A DNA stretch of 64,000 nt, taken from positions 40,556 to 104,555 of IMG/VR virus record IMGVR_UViG_3300017917_002838. One strand, 5' to 3'. How positions within the stretch are numbered: position 1 is the first letter of the stretch; every line of letters begins with the position of its first letter. Origin of the DNA: a virus. Under the pieces are notes generated by a model. It did not search any database. It saw nothing but the letters and a program-made list of their open reading frames with translations, and was not told where the DNA came from. Below, piece by piece: positions 6,678-15,945 of this stretch. Position numbers and translations under genes: made by a program.

Positions 6678-8464
6678 AGCATCTTCATTCTATCCAATGC
6701 TGTTGCTAAATCGCTAGGCATTGACTTTGGTGGTCTAATTAAATTTATAGAGTCTTTCTTTCCTTCAAAATATTCATCCATAGTCATGGATTCATAAGTA
6801 TGTACTCTAATTTCTTTTTCTACTCCAGCATTAGATTTTGAAATAGCATTATAAATTGATCCACAAACTGCGTCCGCCAAATCTTTTGAACCTTTTCTAG
6901 GGTGATCAACTCGATCTCTCATAATTCTAAGCTGTAATAATTCATCAATTAATAATGGTATATATGGTCCATGAAGTCTTTCTTCTAAAACAACCATAGC
7001 GAAATCGTCATAATGTTTTTTTGCAACCGACAAAAGTTCCGTATATATGCTATATTGATTTAACTGTTGCATCATATCGTGAGAGTTCCATCTGTCAAAG
7101 GAACATGATCTTATCTTAAATCCCCGAGATTTTAAAGAAATTATATAATCTTTTACTTCTGTAAAATCTACAGACTTATCTGCTGTTGGAGTCCAATATC
7201 TAATAGCATCTACGTGAACTATTGGTGCTGGTTGGGAATATTCATTTGTTATTTTTACATTTACCCACTCTGACACATGAGACATTGCAACAGCGCAATG
7301 GTCGTGTTTTTGAGCTAAGTCTACGTGTATAAAATAGTCGACATCTTCTTTTGGCTTAAACCACTCTTCAAATCTTCCAAACTGATCTACAGCTATATTT
7401 GTATTACTGAAAGCTTTTTCTATTTTTTCTCTAGACTTAAAGAAAGCGTCTACAGCATCAGATGGCATGCATGCAAATCTTGCTAAGGCATCCGGCATAT
7501 TTTTATAAAATTCAATTTTAAAATTTTCTATTTTTTTGGTTGGATTTATATCCCATGTAGGTCTTTTAATTGCATATACTTTTGGTATTGTATATGAAAT
7601 AATATGATCTTCTTCCCACTCAACAGTTATTTCATTTCCGTCAATTCCGTCTGGAAGGTCTTCGTCCATCTTAAGTGTCTTACTTTGAATAATTGTTTCT
7701 TTTTCTGCTATTACTGAATTATAAAATTTTTGTATTGGATCATTTTTAAAACGAGGAAATGAAAGAAGTATAATCTTACCGAAATCTGGAAAACGAGAAA
7801 CTACAGAACCTCTATACATATCATAAATAGCATCAGCGGTTTTAGCCTGATCGTGTCCTGTAGTATTTTCTGTAGCAAAACCAGAAATTTCATCAAGGAT
7901 TACTGCTATTACGTTATAACCTTCCCAAGCTTCTCTTTCTGAGTGACCTGAATGAACTGTAATATTTTTATCAAATTTTATCTCAGAAGCTTTTGGATCA
8001 TATTTTCCAACAAACCAAGGAGATCTTTCTATTCTGGTCTTAAATCCTTTAAAGAAAACATTGTTTGCTTGTTGTGCGTTAATAGCAATATTAAGAATAT
8101 CTATAGAGTCTCCAGGTGGCTTACCATAGTATGTTGCAGGATCTTTAAGACACAACAATAGATACACCATGTATGAAACAGCTATAGTAGAACAATAGTC
8201 TTTGCCAGAACCTTTTCCGAGCTGTGCAATAATTTCGGTACAAGTTTGTTTGTATCTTATAGAACCTTCTTCTTTTCCAAATAACTTAATTAAAGTTGAC
8301 TCTTTATATATCTGAGAAGACTTTTCAATAAGTGTATATTGATATTCTGATAATGGTGGTAGACCTAAATAATCTGGGCTAGTTACAAAAGTTTTTAAAT
8401 CTACTGGCTTTTCGTCAAACTCTTCGCCATCTAAAATATCTATAATATCTGTAAAATCAAACAC
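6674..8464 (-). CDS. terL: Terminase large subunit
   Basis: Walker A GKGSGKD, Walker B VIAVILDE, RNase-H-like nuclease HVDLAQKHD...SFDRWNS...KDLADA. Confidence 0.92.
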   Translation of the reverse strand: MFDFTDIIDILDGEEFDEKPVDLKTFVTSPDYLGLPPLSEYQYTLIEKSSQIYKESTLIKLFGKEEGSIRYKQTCTEIIAQLGKGSGKDYCSTIAVSYMVYLLLCLKDPATYYGKPPGDSIDILNIAINAQQANNVFFKGFKTRIERSPWFVGKYDPKASEIKFDKNITVHSGHSEREAWEGYNVIAVILDEISGFATENTTGHDQAKTADAIYDMYRGSVVSRFPDFGKIILLSFPRFKNDPIQKFYNSVIAEKETIIQSKTLKMDEDLPDGIDGNEITVEWEEDHIISYTIPKVYAIKRPTWDINPTKKIENFKIEFYKNMPDALARFACMPSDAVDAFFKSREKIEKAFSNTNIAVDQFGRFEEWFKPKEDVDYFIHVDLAQKHDHCAVAMSHVSEWVNVKITNEYSQPAPIVHVDAIRYWTPTADKSVDFTEVKDYIISLKSRGFKIRSCSFDRWNSHDMMQQLNQYSIYTELLSVAKKHYDDFAMVVLEERLHGPYIPLLIDELLQLRIMRDRVDHPRKGSKDLADAVCGSIYNAISKSNAGVEKEIRVHTYESMTMDEYFEGKKDSINLIRPPKSMPSDLATALDRMKML

Positions 8465-8466
8465 GG

Positions 8467-8994
8467 CTATTCTGCCTCAATAACTATTGGCTCCGGCTTG
8501 CCTACAACTTGTGCAAGCTTCTTCATAATGTCTTCTCTAATTTCTGGATATTTTGAAGAAACATCTTTTAATATACCAACTAATATTTCTTGCTTTCTTT
8601 CTGTTTCAGCTATTTGAGCAGCAAGGTCTTGGTTATCCAATAAACCTACAGATTGAAGCATGTTAATTCTTTTTTGCTCTATGTCTGATATAAGTTTTAA
8701 AGCATTTGCCTTAACGTTTAGCTGTCCTGCCTGATCTGCATCGTCTACGGTCTTCCAGGCCTCTTTAATGAGCATTGCGTAGTGCTTGTCTGCTCCAGAA
8801 ATAGCCTCTTTTGCCCTGTCCTTAGAAGACCTATCATTACTAATTATGTCTTTCCAGCTATCAATTAGCTCCAAGACTTCTTTTCTTTGAAATCCAGTAA
8901 TTGTGGCAATTTGAGTCGGGTTATTGCCTTTGAGCAATTCCTCGACAACTTTATTCATGCGGTCAAAATGTTCCGCTAACTCTATTTCTGCCAT
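8467..8994 (-). CDS. HTH protein, probable terminase small subunit
   Basis: N-terminal HTH (NPTQIATITGFQRKEV), helical C-terminus, directly upstream of terL. Confidence 0.55.
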   Translation of the reverse strand: MAEIELAEHFDRMNKVVEELLKGNNPTQIATITGFQRKEVLELIDSWKDIISNDRSSKDRAKEAISGADKHYAMLIKEAWKTVDDADQAGQLNVKANALKLISDIEQKRINMLQSVGLLDNQDLAAQIAETERKQEILVGILKDVSSKYPEIREDIMKKLAQVVGKPEPIVIEAE

Positions 8995-9000
8995 TTATAT

Positions 9001-9029
9001 ATTATACTTTTAGTCAACTAAAATGTCAA
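9001..9029 (-). promoter_or_regulatory. Consensus sigma70/SigA promoter TTGACA-N17-TATAAT giving a leaderless mRNA
   Basis: TTGACA at 9029-9024, TATAAT at 9006-9001, 6 nt gap then ATG at 8994, no SD. Confidence 0.8.
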
Positions 9030-9349
9030 TTTTGACTGGCTATTTTCAACAATATTAAATAACCAATTAGATCATCAATATCGTTATCTCCAGGAAAACC
9101 TTGAGCATTTTTTATCCTATTTAACTTATCATCAATACGAACTTTTAATTGTTCGGTAGCATCTGATTGTGCAAATAGTCTCATTGGGCTTAGTGCTGAG
9201 TCTCCATAAGAAATATTCTTTTTAACAAGATTGTGTGCTATTTCATGGCACATATTAACTATCTTTAATCCGGACGGTGCCGTACATGCTTTTGTGACTA
9301 AATCATCACATCTAAAATATTCTCTATCTGGATATACTGGATCCAACAT
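9026..9349 (-). CDS. DUF1599/Nmad1-like alpha-helical nucleotide-modification-associated protein
   Basis: KKNISYGDS...VRIDDKLNRI...DDLIGYLIL; start moved to ATG 9349 behind AGGTGG. Confidence 0.7.
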   Translation of the reverse strand: MLDPVYPDREYFRCDDLVTKACTAPSGLKIVNMCHEIAHNLVKKNISYGDSALSPMRLFAQSDATEQLKVRIDDKLNRIKNAQGFPGDNDIDDLIGYLILLKIASQN

Positions 9350-9356
9350 TTTCCAC

Positions 9357-10082
9357 CTATTCTTTAGTATTTTCAATTTTTTTATGAACCTCAGCTATCC
9401 ACTGCACATAACCGTCCGTCCAATTTTGACTGCCATAAATATTTCTTGCAGCTATGTGATGGAATAGTCTCCAGTTTTCTCCACCATAGCAAAAGAATTT
9501 CAAGTCTTTAGATTTTTCTAAATTATTGTATTCTTCATAGTCCTTAATTAAATCATATTTTTTAGAAAACGTCAAGGACTTAGTTATTCCTGCTGTCCAA
9601 ATTGTTGGTCCAGTCATGGCATGCACAAAATGTGGATTAGAATAGTCTGGATCTTTAAATGCTTCTTTAATTAAATCTAAAACATTTTTAATTATTTGAT
9701 TTCCTGGTGTTGCAGCAAATAACCATTGACAAAAATCTATTTCATGTTCTGGGCAAACAATTAGGGAATACTCGTCATTTATCCATGTATCTATTGGTTT
9801 TAAACATATGCAATCTAGATCTGCATATATTCCACCATATTTATAAATAACCATGTATCTCCATATATCACCTCTCATTACGCCAATAGGTGCAGTTATA
9901 AATATATTATGCCATTCTTCACCAAATTCTTTTAAAACAAACTCGGCGGCCTGAGTATCGTCCATATATACGTATTTATATTCAGGATTTAAACTCTTCC
10001 ATGTTTCTGTTGTTTCTTTAATATAGTCTGGTAGAACATCATAAGGGTCTTTGTATGTTTGCCAAATTATTCTAGGAATCAA
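9357..10082 (-). CDS. Glycosyltransferase, GT32/Och1-like (DxD sugar-binding)
   Basis: MIPRIIWQT...GDIWRYMVIYKYGGIYADLD...TGP. Confidence 0.9.
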   Translation of the reverse strand: MIPRIIWQTYKDPYDVLPDYIKETTETWKSLNPEYKYVYMDDTQAAEFVLKEFGEEWHNIFITAPIGVMRGDIWRYMVIYKYGGIYADLDCICLKPIDTWINDEYSLIVCPEHEIDFCQWLFAATPGNQIIKNVLDLIKEAFKDPDYSNPHFVHAMTGPTIWTAGITKSLTFSKKYDLIKDYEEYNNLEKSKDLKFFCYGGENWRLFHHIAARNIYGSQNWTDGYVQWIAEVHKKIENTKE

Positions 10083-10641
10083 TTTTAAAATCCTTTACTA
10101 CTCTTGGGTCTATCCACCAATCTTCAAACATCCTATTTGGATCTCCATCATTAATATTTTCAGCAATCAATTCATATCCAAGCAATTTAAATATACCATG
10201 AGATTCAGCCTTGATTAAAGAGTTATCTGGGCTTGCATATAAATCATGTTCATATGTTATAGTTGAAAATCTATACTCGAGTAAAGGTAGCTTATATAAA
10301 GCTTTAAGAGTTTGTTCGGCAGGCTCTATATCTAATTGCAGATAATCAATTTGTTTTGGAAAATTATTATCTTTAAAATATTTTAAATAATTAAAATCTG
10401 TTGCGTCTGTAGCAATACATTTATTTTTTCTAGAATTATTATATATCTCAACCAATTCTGAATTTATCTCAAAACCTACTCCAGACCAACCATATTCTTC
10501 TTCTAACAATAAAGTATTATTCCATGCGACTGGATCGTTAGATCCTATTTCTACATAGAATCCATTTCTTTTTTCTTTTAAAGCATTTAATACAAAAGAT
10601 TCCTGGTGTGCTTGGCTTTGGCTCTTTTCAAATATCCTCAT
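10072..10641 (-). CDS. FkbM-like SAM-dependent methyltransferase
   Basis: GFYVEIGS...NNT..LE....WSGVGFE...IDYLQLDIE...ITYEH. Confidence 0.8.
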   Translation of the reverse strand: MRIFEKSQSQAHQESFVLNALKEKRNGFYVEIGSNDPVAWNNTLLLEEEYGWSGVGFEINSELVEIYNNSRKNKCIATDATDFNYLKYFKDNNFPKQIDYLQLDIEPAEQTLKALYKLPLLEYRFSTITYEHDLYASPDNSLIKAESHGIFKLLGYELIAENINDGDPNRMFEDWWIDPRVVKDFKIDS

Positions 10642-10784
10642 CTTTTTTTAATCAATCCAAACTTTTCTAAATATCTCTGTATGGTCATTGCAGAGACTCC
10701 ACACTCATCAGCTATTTCTATAACTGTTTTCTTTTGAACAACGTACCTTCTGTATAACCAAACCTCGCTTTGATATAGTTTCAT
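10638..10784 (-). CDS. Small HTH DNA-binding protein, 48 aa (not in ORF track)
   Basis: MKLYQSEVWLYRRYVVQKKTVIEIADECGVSAMTIQRYLEKFGLIKKR; ATGA overlaps at both ends. Confidence 0.8.
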   Translation of the reverse strand: MKLYQSEVWLYRRYVVQKKTVIEIADECGVSAMTIQRYLEKFGLIKKR

Positions 10785-11527
10785 GATTTTCTCTTTAAAA
10801 TTATATTAAAAACTTTTCTTGGAATATTGTTAATATCAAATCTATCTCCATTTAAATAAAAAATATCATAATCAATATATATTTTTTGTAAAAATTTATT
10901 ATCATTATGTCCAACTTCCATCATAATTAGTTTACATTTTTTTGTATTATTATGCATTCCATCAAATACTTTTTCCTCATGTCCTTCTACATCAATTTTA
11001 ATAAAATCTGGAGTTTCATCATAAATGCTATCCAATCTTATTGCTTTTACCTTTTCTACTGTATATTTATCATTGGGCTCATTATTATAAAAATCTAATT
11101 TTATGATTGTTGATGCTCCTATATTTTCAAAAGGGATAAGCATTGTGGCTTCGTAATTTTTATTAGAAAGAGCATATTGATACATTGTTATTTTGCCTGC
11201 ATGATCATAATTGTTTAATTTTGTAGAAATTTGATAATTATCATTTAAATGTTTTAATGGTTCAAATGCTATTACTTCTCCGGTTTTTCCAACAATTCGT
11301 GCCATAACTTCTGTAAAGTATCCATTATTAGCTCCAATATCTAGACATTTCCAACCAGGTTGTATATTTTTTATCATCCATTCAGTTTCTTCTTGCTCCC
11401 ATATTCCTAATTTTTTGCAACATGCTTGTACTGCATTATCACTTTCATCTCCCGTATAAACAAAAAATGAGTTTAAAACTTTTGAAAATCCTCCAAGATT
11501 TACAATTTCTCTATTTTGTGTATTCAT
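10781..11527 (-). CDS. FkbM-family methyltransferase
   Basis: CLDIGANNGYFT...VIAFEP...FIKIDVEGHE. Confidence 0.9.
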   Translation of the reverse strand: MNTQNREIVNLGGFSKVLNSFFVYTGDESDNAVQACCKKLGIWEQEETEWMIKNIQPGWKCLDIGANNGYFTEVMARIVGKTGEVIAFEPLKHLNDNYQISTKLNNYDHAGKITMYQYALSNKNYEATMLIPFENIGASTIIKLDFYNNEPNDKYTVEKVKAIRLDSIYDETPDFIKIDVEGHEEKVFDGMHNNTKKCKLIMMEVGHNDNKFLQKIYIDYDIFYLNGDRFDINNIPRKVFNIILKRKS

Positions 11528-12093
11528 TATCTTTCCGTAAGTTGTTTATATCCATAAAATGCTATGCCAACCGAATCAGCAACATCAAAATCATCCAAGT
11601 TAATATTAAAGTTTGTATTTGCCCAGTTTACAGTTCTTTGCTTTCTTATCTCTCTCATTTTTGCTTTATACCAAGATTCAGTTTTACCTGGATTTTCAAA
11701 CTTTAATTTGTCTTTTTCCATCTTTGTTGGATTTTTATTTCCAATGTGTGATTGCCAAGCTGTTGGAGATATTGTAATTACTTTAGCCCCGCTAGACATT
11801 AGCTCGGCAATAACAACTCCATATACATAAGATAATTTAATAACAGCATCTGGAGACTTTACAAAAACAGCTCCTTCTACAACAATATAATCTGATTCCA
11901 ATTGCGGAAGCATTGCCTTCATTTTTATTTTTGCGTCATATATTTTTTCATATATGTCTGCACCTACAAATTCTATTTTACCCCAACGAACCGGTTTATT
12001 GTTTTCTATCAGACAAAAAGCAACTGAATTTGTAGAAGCATCTATGCCCAATACACGTTGCGCTTTTACTTTATGTAAACTAGCTAATGTCAT
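11527..12093 (-). CDS. ruvC: RuvC-like Holliday junction resolvase
   Basis: VLGIDAS...IVVEG...FDVADSVGIA acidic catalytic motif. Confidence 0.85.
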   Translation of the reverse strand: MTLASLHKVKAQRVLGIDASTNSVAFCLIENNKPVRWGKIEFVGADIYEKIYDAKIKMKAMLPQLESDYIVVEGAVFVKSPDAVIKLSYVYGVVIAELMSSGAKVITISPTAWQSHIGNKNPTKMEKDKLKFENPGKTESWYKAKMREIRKQRTVNWANTNFNINLDDFDVADSVGIAFYGYKQLTER

Positions 12094-12355
12094 TTAGCAA
12101 CCTCTTTATGTGCTCTCTGTCTTTAGTTTTATTTTTTTGTTGACACTTAGTACATTTGTTGCCCTCGTTATATCTGCTTAACTTAGCACCACACTTACAT
12201 TTTCTAACGGCACCATTTCTAATTGCTTTTTTTTCATAATACTTTTCCATAATTCTGCGATTAGTGGCAACACGGCAACACTCATCACAGCAATATTTTT
12301 GATTATGTGTTTTAGGATTAAAATCTTTTTTGCAATCTGAGTTAGCGCATATCAT
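12080..12355 (-). CDS. Cys-rich zinc-finger protein
   Basis: C..SDC...KYCCDECC...CKCG...CTKC. Confidence 0.75.
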   Translation of the reverse strand: MICANSDCKKDFNPKTHNQKYCCDECCRVATNRRIMEKYYEKKAIRNGAVRKCKCGAKLSRYNEGNKCTKCQQKNKTKDREHIKRLLNDIS

Positions 12356-13128
12356 AATTTTGGAGCTTCAAATTTATCTATCTCAATAATGCCATTTTCT
12401 TTAGAATAGCATTCACTTCTGACAGGACACCCCTTGCAAACAGTAGAAGATTTTGTGAACGATCTAGTAGGCAAGGTATCCTCTTTATATGCCGACCATA
12501 CAGTAGACATCCACTCAAAAGCTTCGTCAACAATTTGTTTATTTGCTTTATTCATCTCAATCGGTATTACTACAACTTCTTGCGTATTTTTATTCTCATA
12601 TATAAAGAATCCCTCATCGGAATTGTTAATCTTCATATATATAAGTAGTTGTATTAAATGGTTTCCTGAAGGCTTAAGACTTGATTGCTTATGCAAAAAT
12701 ACTTCTTCTTTGGCCGTCTTTATTTCACCAATAATTTCTTTATTGTCAATTTCAAATATTAAATCGGCAAACCCTCTGATTGGTGGGTCCTGATTTAACA
12801 TCTCCCGCTCTTCTTCTTTAAACCAGTCCATGTCTTTTATAAGGTCTTGAAGTCTTTCATGTGCTTGAGTACCATTCATCATGTTTGCAATTGCTACAGA
12901 GTCTTGTTGTTCCTCAAAAATTGCGCCGTTAAAAGCAATATACCAATATCTAGCACAATTACCATGACCGTAACCTATTGTGCTTGGAGAAAAGGACTCT
13001 TTTTTAGTAAATTTATTTTCTCTTTTTTTAGAAAGGTATGCCTTGTTTAGCTTTTCGGAAAACTCCTCTAAGTTAAAAGACCCTTTGGACTTTTTGAACT
13101 TTAACTGGGATACTATTTCCCTTGACAA
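12352..13128 (-). CDS. Cas4-like PD-(D/E)XK exonuclease (solo, no CRISPR)
   Basis: SPS...C, GT..H, RGFAD...EIKT, Q..IY, CKGCPVRSEC Fe-S cysteines. Confidence 0.85.
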   Translation of the reverse strand: MSREIVSQLKFKKSKGSFNLEEFSEKLNKAYLSKKRENKFTKKESFSPSTIGYGHGNCARYWYIAFNGAIFEEQQDSVAIANMMNGTQAHERLQDLIKDMDWFKEEEREMLNQDPPIRGFADLIFEIDNKEIIGEIKTAKEEVFLHKQSSLKPSGNHLIQLLIYMKINNSDEGFFIYENKNTQEVVVIPIEMNKANKQIVDEAFEWMSTVWSAYKEDTLPTRSFTKSSTVCKGCPVRSECYSKENGIIEIDKFEAPKL

Positions 13129-13136
13129 TTTTCCTC

Positions 13137-13475
13137 TTAACTATATCGTGCAGAATACTTTAGTGCATCTACAAGCCGATCTATGGCTTCTTTAGCTGAG
13201 TAATAAATATTTTTTTTATAATTATTTATTGTTCCAGCTTTATCTTTACCAATTGTAGCATAATACGAAGCAAGTATGGCCAGTTTTGCAGATATTGCTT
13301 GTAATTCTACAATTAAAACTGGAGCTTTTGCAGATGGAACATCAGGGTTCATTACTAATTTAATTATTACTGACAAAGCCCTGTCCAGTTGTTCATCTTG
13401 CATATGCTCATGAAGATCATTAAATTCTGTAACTTCACTAATAAGTTCTAGTATGCTTTTAGCCTCTGTTGCCAT
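13137..13475 (-). CDS. Hypothetical helical protein
   Basis: ORF track, operon context. Confidence 0.7.
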   Translation of the reverse strand: MATEAKSILELISEVTEFNDLHEHMQDEQLDRALSVIIKLVMNPDVPSAKAPVLIVELQAISAKLAILASYYATIGKDKAGTINNYKKNIYYSAKEAIDRLVDALKYSARYS

Positions 13476-13617
13476 TATTTCTTACTTTCCAATGATTAAC
13501 AATATAAGGTCCTAAATCGGACTTTATTCTGCCACTCTTTTCTACCCTAACAATTCTACCATTTTGAATAATAGTTTTATTGTGTGGATGTTTTTTAATT
13601 CTTTGACCGTTAGACAT
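13459..13617 (-). CDS. Small basic protein, 52 aa (not in ORF track)
   Basis: MSNGQRIKKHPHNKTIIQNGRIVRVEKSGRIKSDLGPYIVNHWKVRNNGNRG; GGAG upstream; fills the gap. Confidence 0.6.
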   Translation of the reverse strand: MSNGQRIKKHPHNKTIIQNGRIVRVEKSGRIKSDLGPYIVNHWKVRNNGNRG

Positions 13618-13918
13618 CTTTTTTCTCCCACTCTTCTATAAGCTGCTCCAGTAATGACCATTCAATTACTGCGAGTCTTGTTTTGCTGTTATCTTTTCCA
13701 AGAATAAGTTTAAGTACAGGGTACTTGTCACGGCTAACTTTAAATGTATCTGTACAAACTTTTGCCCAAATTTTTTGGGAAATAGAAATACTTGACTCAT
13801 ACTCTTTATAATCAACTACGAAATCCTTCCACTGAGCATCTCCTTTTTGATAGTTACCACGTCCACTATTTTTTTGCTGTTTTGCTCCATCACGTTTAGC
13901 TTCAGATCTTTCAGACAT
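13610..13918 (-). CDS. PD-(D/E)XK nuclease / Hjc-type resolvase-like protein
   Basis: E..EAKR...NSG...KGD...VVDYK pattern. Confidence 0.65.
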   Translation of the reverse strand: MSERSEAKRDGAKQQKNSGRGNYQKGDAQWKDFVVDYKEYESSISISQKIWAKVCTDTFKVSRDKYPVLKLILGKDNSKTRLAVIEWSLLEQLIEEWEKKDV

Positions 13919-14112
13919 TACAGTTTAAATCCAGTAGAGGATATATGTCCATTTGGACATTTCCAAAATATAATCTGTTTTTCTCTAACATATTCTGCTT
14001 CGTCTGCAACTTCCTGGCATTCCTGACAAGAAAATGATCCTTCAACAATTGTCTTTGGCTTTTCTACATTTTCATATTCTGGTTCAGAAAAAATGTCATT
14101 AAAGTTTGGCAT
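13918..14112 (-). CDS. Small zinc-ribbon protein
   Basis: CQEC...WKCPNGH. Confidence 0.65.
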   Translation of the reverse strand: MPNFNDIFSEPEYENVEKPKTIVEGSFSCQECQEVADEAEYVREKQIIFWKCPNGHISSTGFKL

Positions 14113-15097
14113 CTATTTGTTTCCTTAGTTCGGTAACAACTTTAGGGTTTTCTTTAAGATATTGAACTGCTTTCTGCCTACCTTGTAGTCTTTCTCCCAA
14201 TACCGTATACCAAGCTCCGCCCTTTTCAATAATTCCACACATCTCAGCAACATCTAGAGTTTCACCTATACTGTCCACTCCAAGCGACTCGCCCTGATAG
14301 TAGAAATCATATTGTCCAGACAAATTAGGTGGTCCAAGTTTGTTATAGTCTATAATCCAGTTTACTGGTCTTCCAACCTTCTGTTCTATAATCTTGTCTC
14401 CAACCTGAACTCCAGCTTTAATAGCATTTGCTTCAGCCTCCGAAGACCATAATTTAATAACAGTAGATGAGAAAAATTTTACTGCCATTCCACCCGTAGG
14501 GATATGGCTAGCATGCATAGAGCCAAATTGATTTCTTTGCTGTGATATAAGAACCAGTAAAGTATTTTTGTTTGCATAATTTAACATTTTTACAGCATGA
14601 GTCATGTCTTTAGCCTCAGCACCAATTTGTTTTGTATCCTGCAAATCCTTTAGTTCATTTCCATCTTTTTCAAAGTAGATTGCTGGTAGTAAAGCAGATA
14701 TAGAATCTACAACTATTAAATCTACTCCTGCTTCCATAAGCCCAGTTGCAACATCAACCATATCGTTTACAGTTTTTGCTGGAGAATAAATTAATTTTTC
14801 CGAATCAACACCCAAACTTTCTGCCCACTTAGGATCATATGAAGATTCAGAGTCTATCCAAGCACAAGTTTTTCCTTCTTGTTGAGCCAAACCAATCATT
14901 TGCAGGCAAAAAGATGACTTGCCAGCTGATTTGTTTCCCCATACCAAAACCTGTCTTCCATATCCTAATCCACCCTTAAGGGCAAGATTGAGACCAATGC
15001 TTGGCGTAGGCTGTTTTTCAATAGTAACGTCTATTGCAGATTGAACTCGTTGTCTTGTTTTTGCATCTAATTGTGATAATACTTCTGTTATATCCAT
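14099..15097 (-). CDS. recA: RecA/UvsX-like recombinase
   Basis: GNKSAGKS, WIDSE, LIVVDSISAL, PTGGMAVKFFSS, KGGAWY; extended -10 TGCTATAAT at 15119-15127. Confidence 0.95.
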   Translation of the reverse strand: MDITEVLSQLDAKTRQRVQSAIDVTIEKQPTPSIGLNLALKGGLGYGRQVLVWGNKSAGKSSFCLQMIGLAQQEGKTCAWIDSESSYDPKWAESLGVDSEKLIYSPAKTVNDMVDVATGLMEAGVDLIVVDSISALLPAIYFEKDGNELKDLQDTKQIGAEAKDMTHAVKMLNYANKNTLLVLISQQRNQFGSMHASHIPTGGMAVKFFSSTVIKLWSSEAEANAIKAGVQVGDKIIEQKVGRPVNWIIDYNKLGPPNLSGQYDFYYQGESLGVDSIGETLDVAEMCGIIEKGGAWYTVLGERLQGRQKAVQYLKENPKVVTELRKQIDAKL

Positions 15098-15127
15098 AAA
15101 CTTCTTTCTGTTTGATTTATTATAGCA

Positions 15128-15541
15128 TTAAAATAAATTGCCGTGAAGTCTTGGACGAGCTCTATTTTTATCCATCTTAGAGTCTAAAACTTCATCTAGT
15201 GATTCCGAAACAATCTGTGCATTTTTAAGGGCAGCATAAAGATCTAATATCCTAATTAATACGTCTGCCATCTCTTCAACTATTTGGTAGCCACCCTTTT
15301 CTTTTCTTATTGCTTCTAAAACTTCAGTTACCTCAGAGTGTACTAATGCTAGCTTATTTCCAATCTTGTCATAGCTTGTTTCGCCTTCCCAAAAACCTTT
15401 TTCAATAGCCGACTCATGTAGCACTGCTGCAAGGGCATCTAGACCGAACTCCGTTACAATTGAATGTGCTGTAGTTGTAACAGTAGGCTTATCTGGATTA
15501 TTTGGATTTACTCTAAAATCTCCTATTTTAATTGTTCCCAT
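15128..15541 (-). CDS. MazG-like NTP pyrophosphohydrolase
   Basis: LVHSEVTEVLEAIRK...EEMADVLIRILD...KMDKNRAR. Confidence 0.85.
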   Translation of the reverse strand: MGTIKIGDFRVNPNNPDKPTVTTTAHSIVTEFGLDALAAVLHESAIEKGFWEGETSYDKIGNKLALVHSEVTEVLEAIRKEKGGYQIVEEMADVLIRILDLYAALKNAQIVSESLDEVLDSKMDKNRARPRLHGNLF

Positions 15542-15728
15542 TTTTATCTCCTAGTTTAATAATAAAAGATGAATTATCTTCACTATAATCTAAAACTAAT
15601 TGTTTTTCTTCTGTATTTCCTTTTAATACTGAATCAATTGTAACCTCAACAGATCCAATTTTTTCTAGTATTGCATATAATACATTTCCTATTTTTATTT
15701 GCGAGCTGATATCATTAATTTCGGACAT
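15528..15728 (-). CDS. Hypothetical protein
   Basis: ORF track, operon context. Confidence 0.6.
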   Translation of the reverse strand: MSEINDISSQIKIGNVLYAILEKIGSVEVTIDSVLKGNTEEKQLVLDYSEDNSSFIIKLGDKNGNN

Positions 15729-15945
15729 AAACGTCTACCCCTTTAAATTTTTTTAACCAGTCGAAGGTTGACATAAGATTTTCTCTAGTAACACAGGTAT
15801 CGCAACCACAAAATAATTCGTATGGCTCCCAACCTTCAGGAACGCCTTCATCTTCATAAATACTGTTTAGGCAAGTATTGATATGATCTGTTACAAAATT
15901 TTGTAAAGACTCCGCTTCTTCTGTAGTTAACTCAACTGAGGTCAT
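15715..15945 (-). CDS. Hypothetical Cys-motif protein
   Basis: FCGCDTC; likely start ATG 15945 coupled to the dnaE stop (ATGA). Confidence 0.65.
   Translation of the reverse strand: MTSVELTTEEAESLQNFVTDHINTCLNSIYEDEGVPEGWEPYELFCGCDTCVTRENLMSTFDWLKKFKGVDVYVRN

Noticed and set aside
12352-13128. CRISPR-Cas system suggested by the Cas4-like gene
   Set aside because: No repeat-spacer array or other cas genes were seen; solo Cas4-like exonucleases are common in phage recombination modules.
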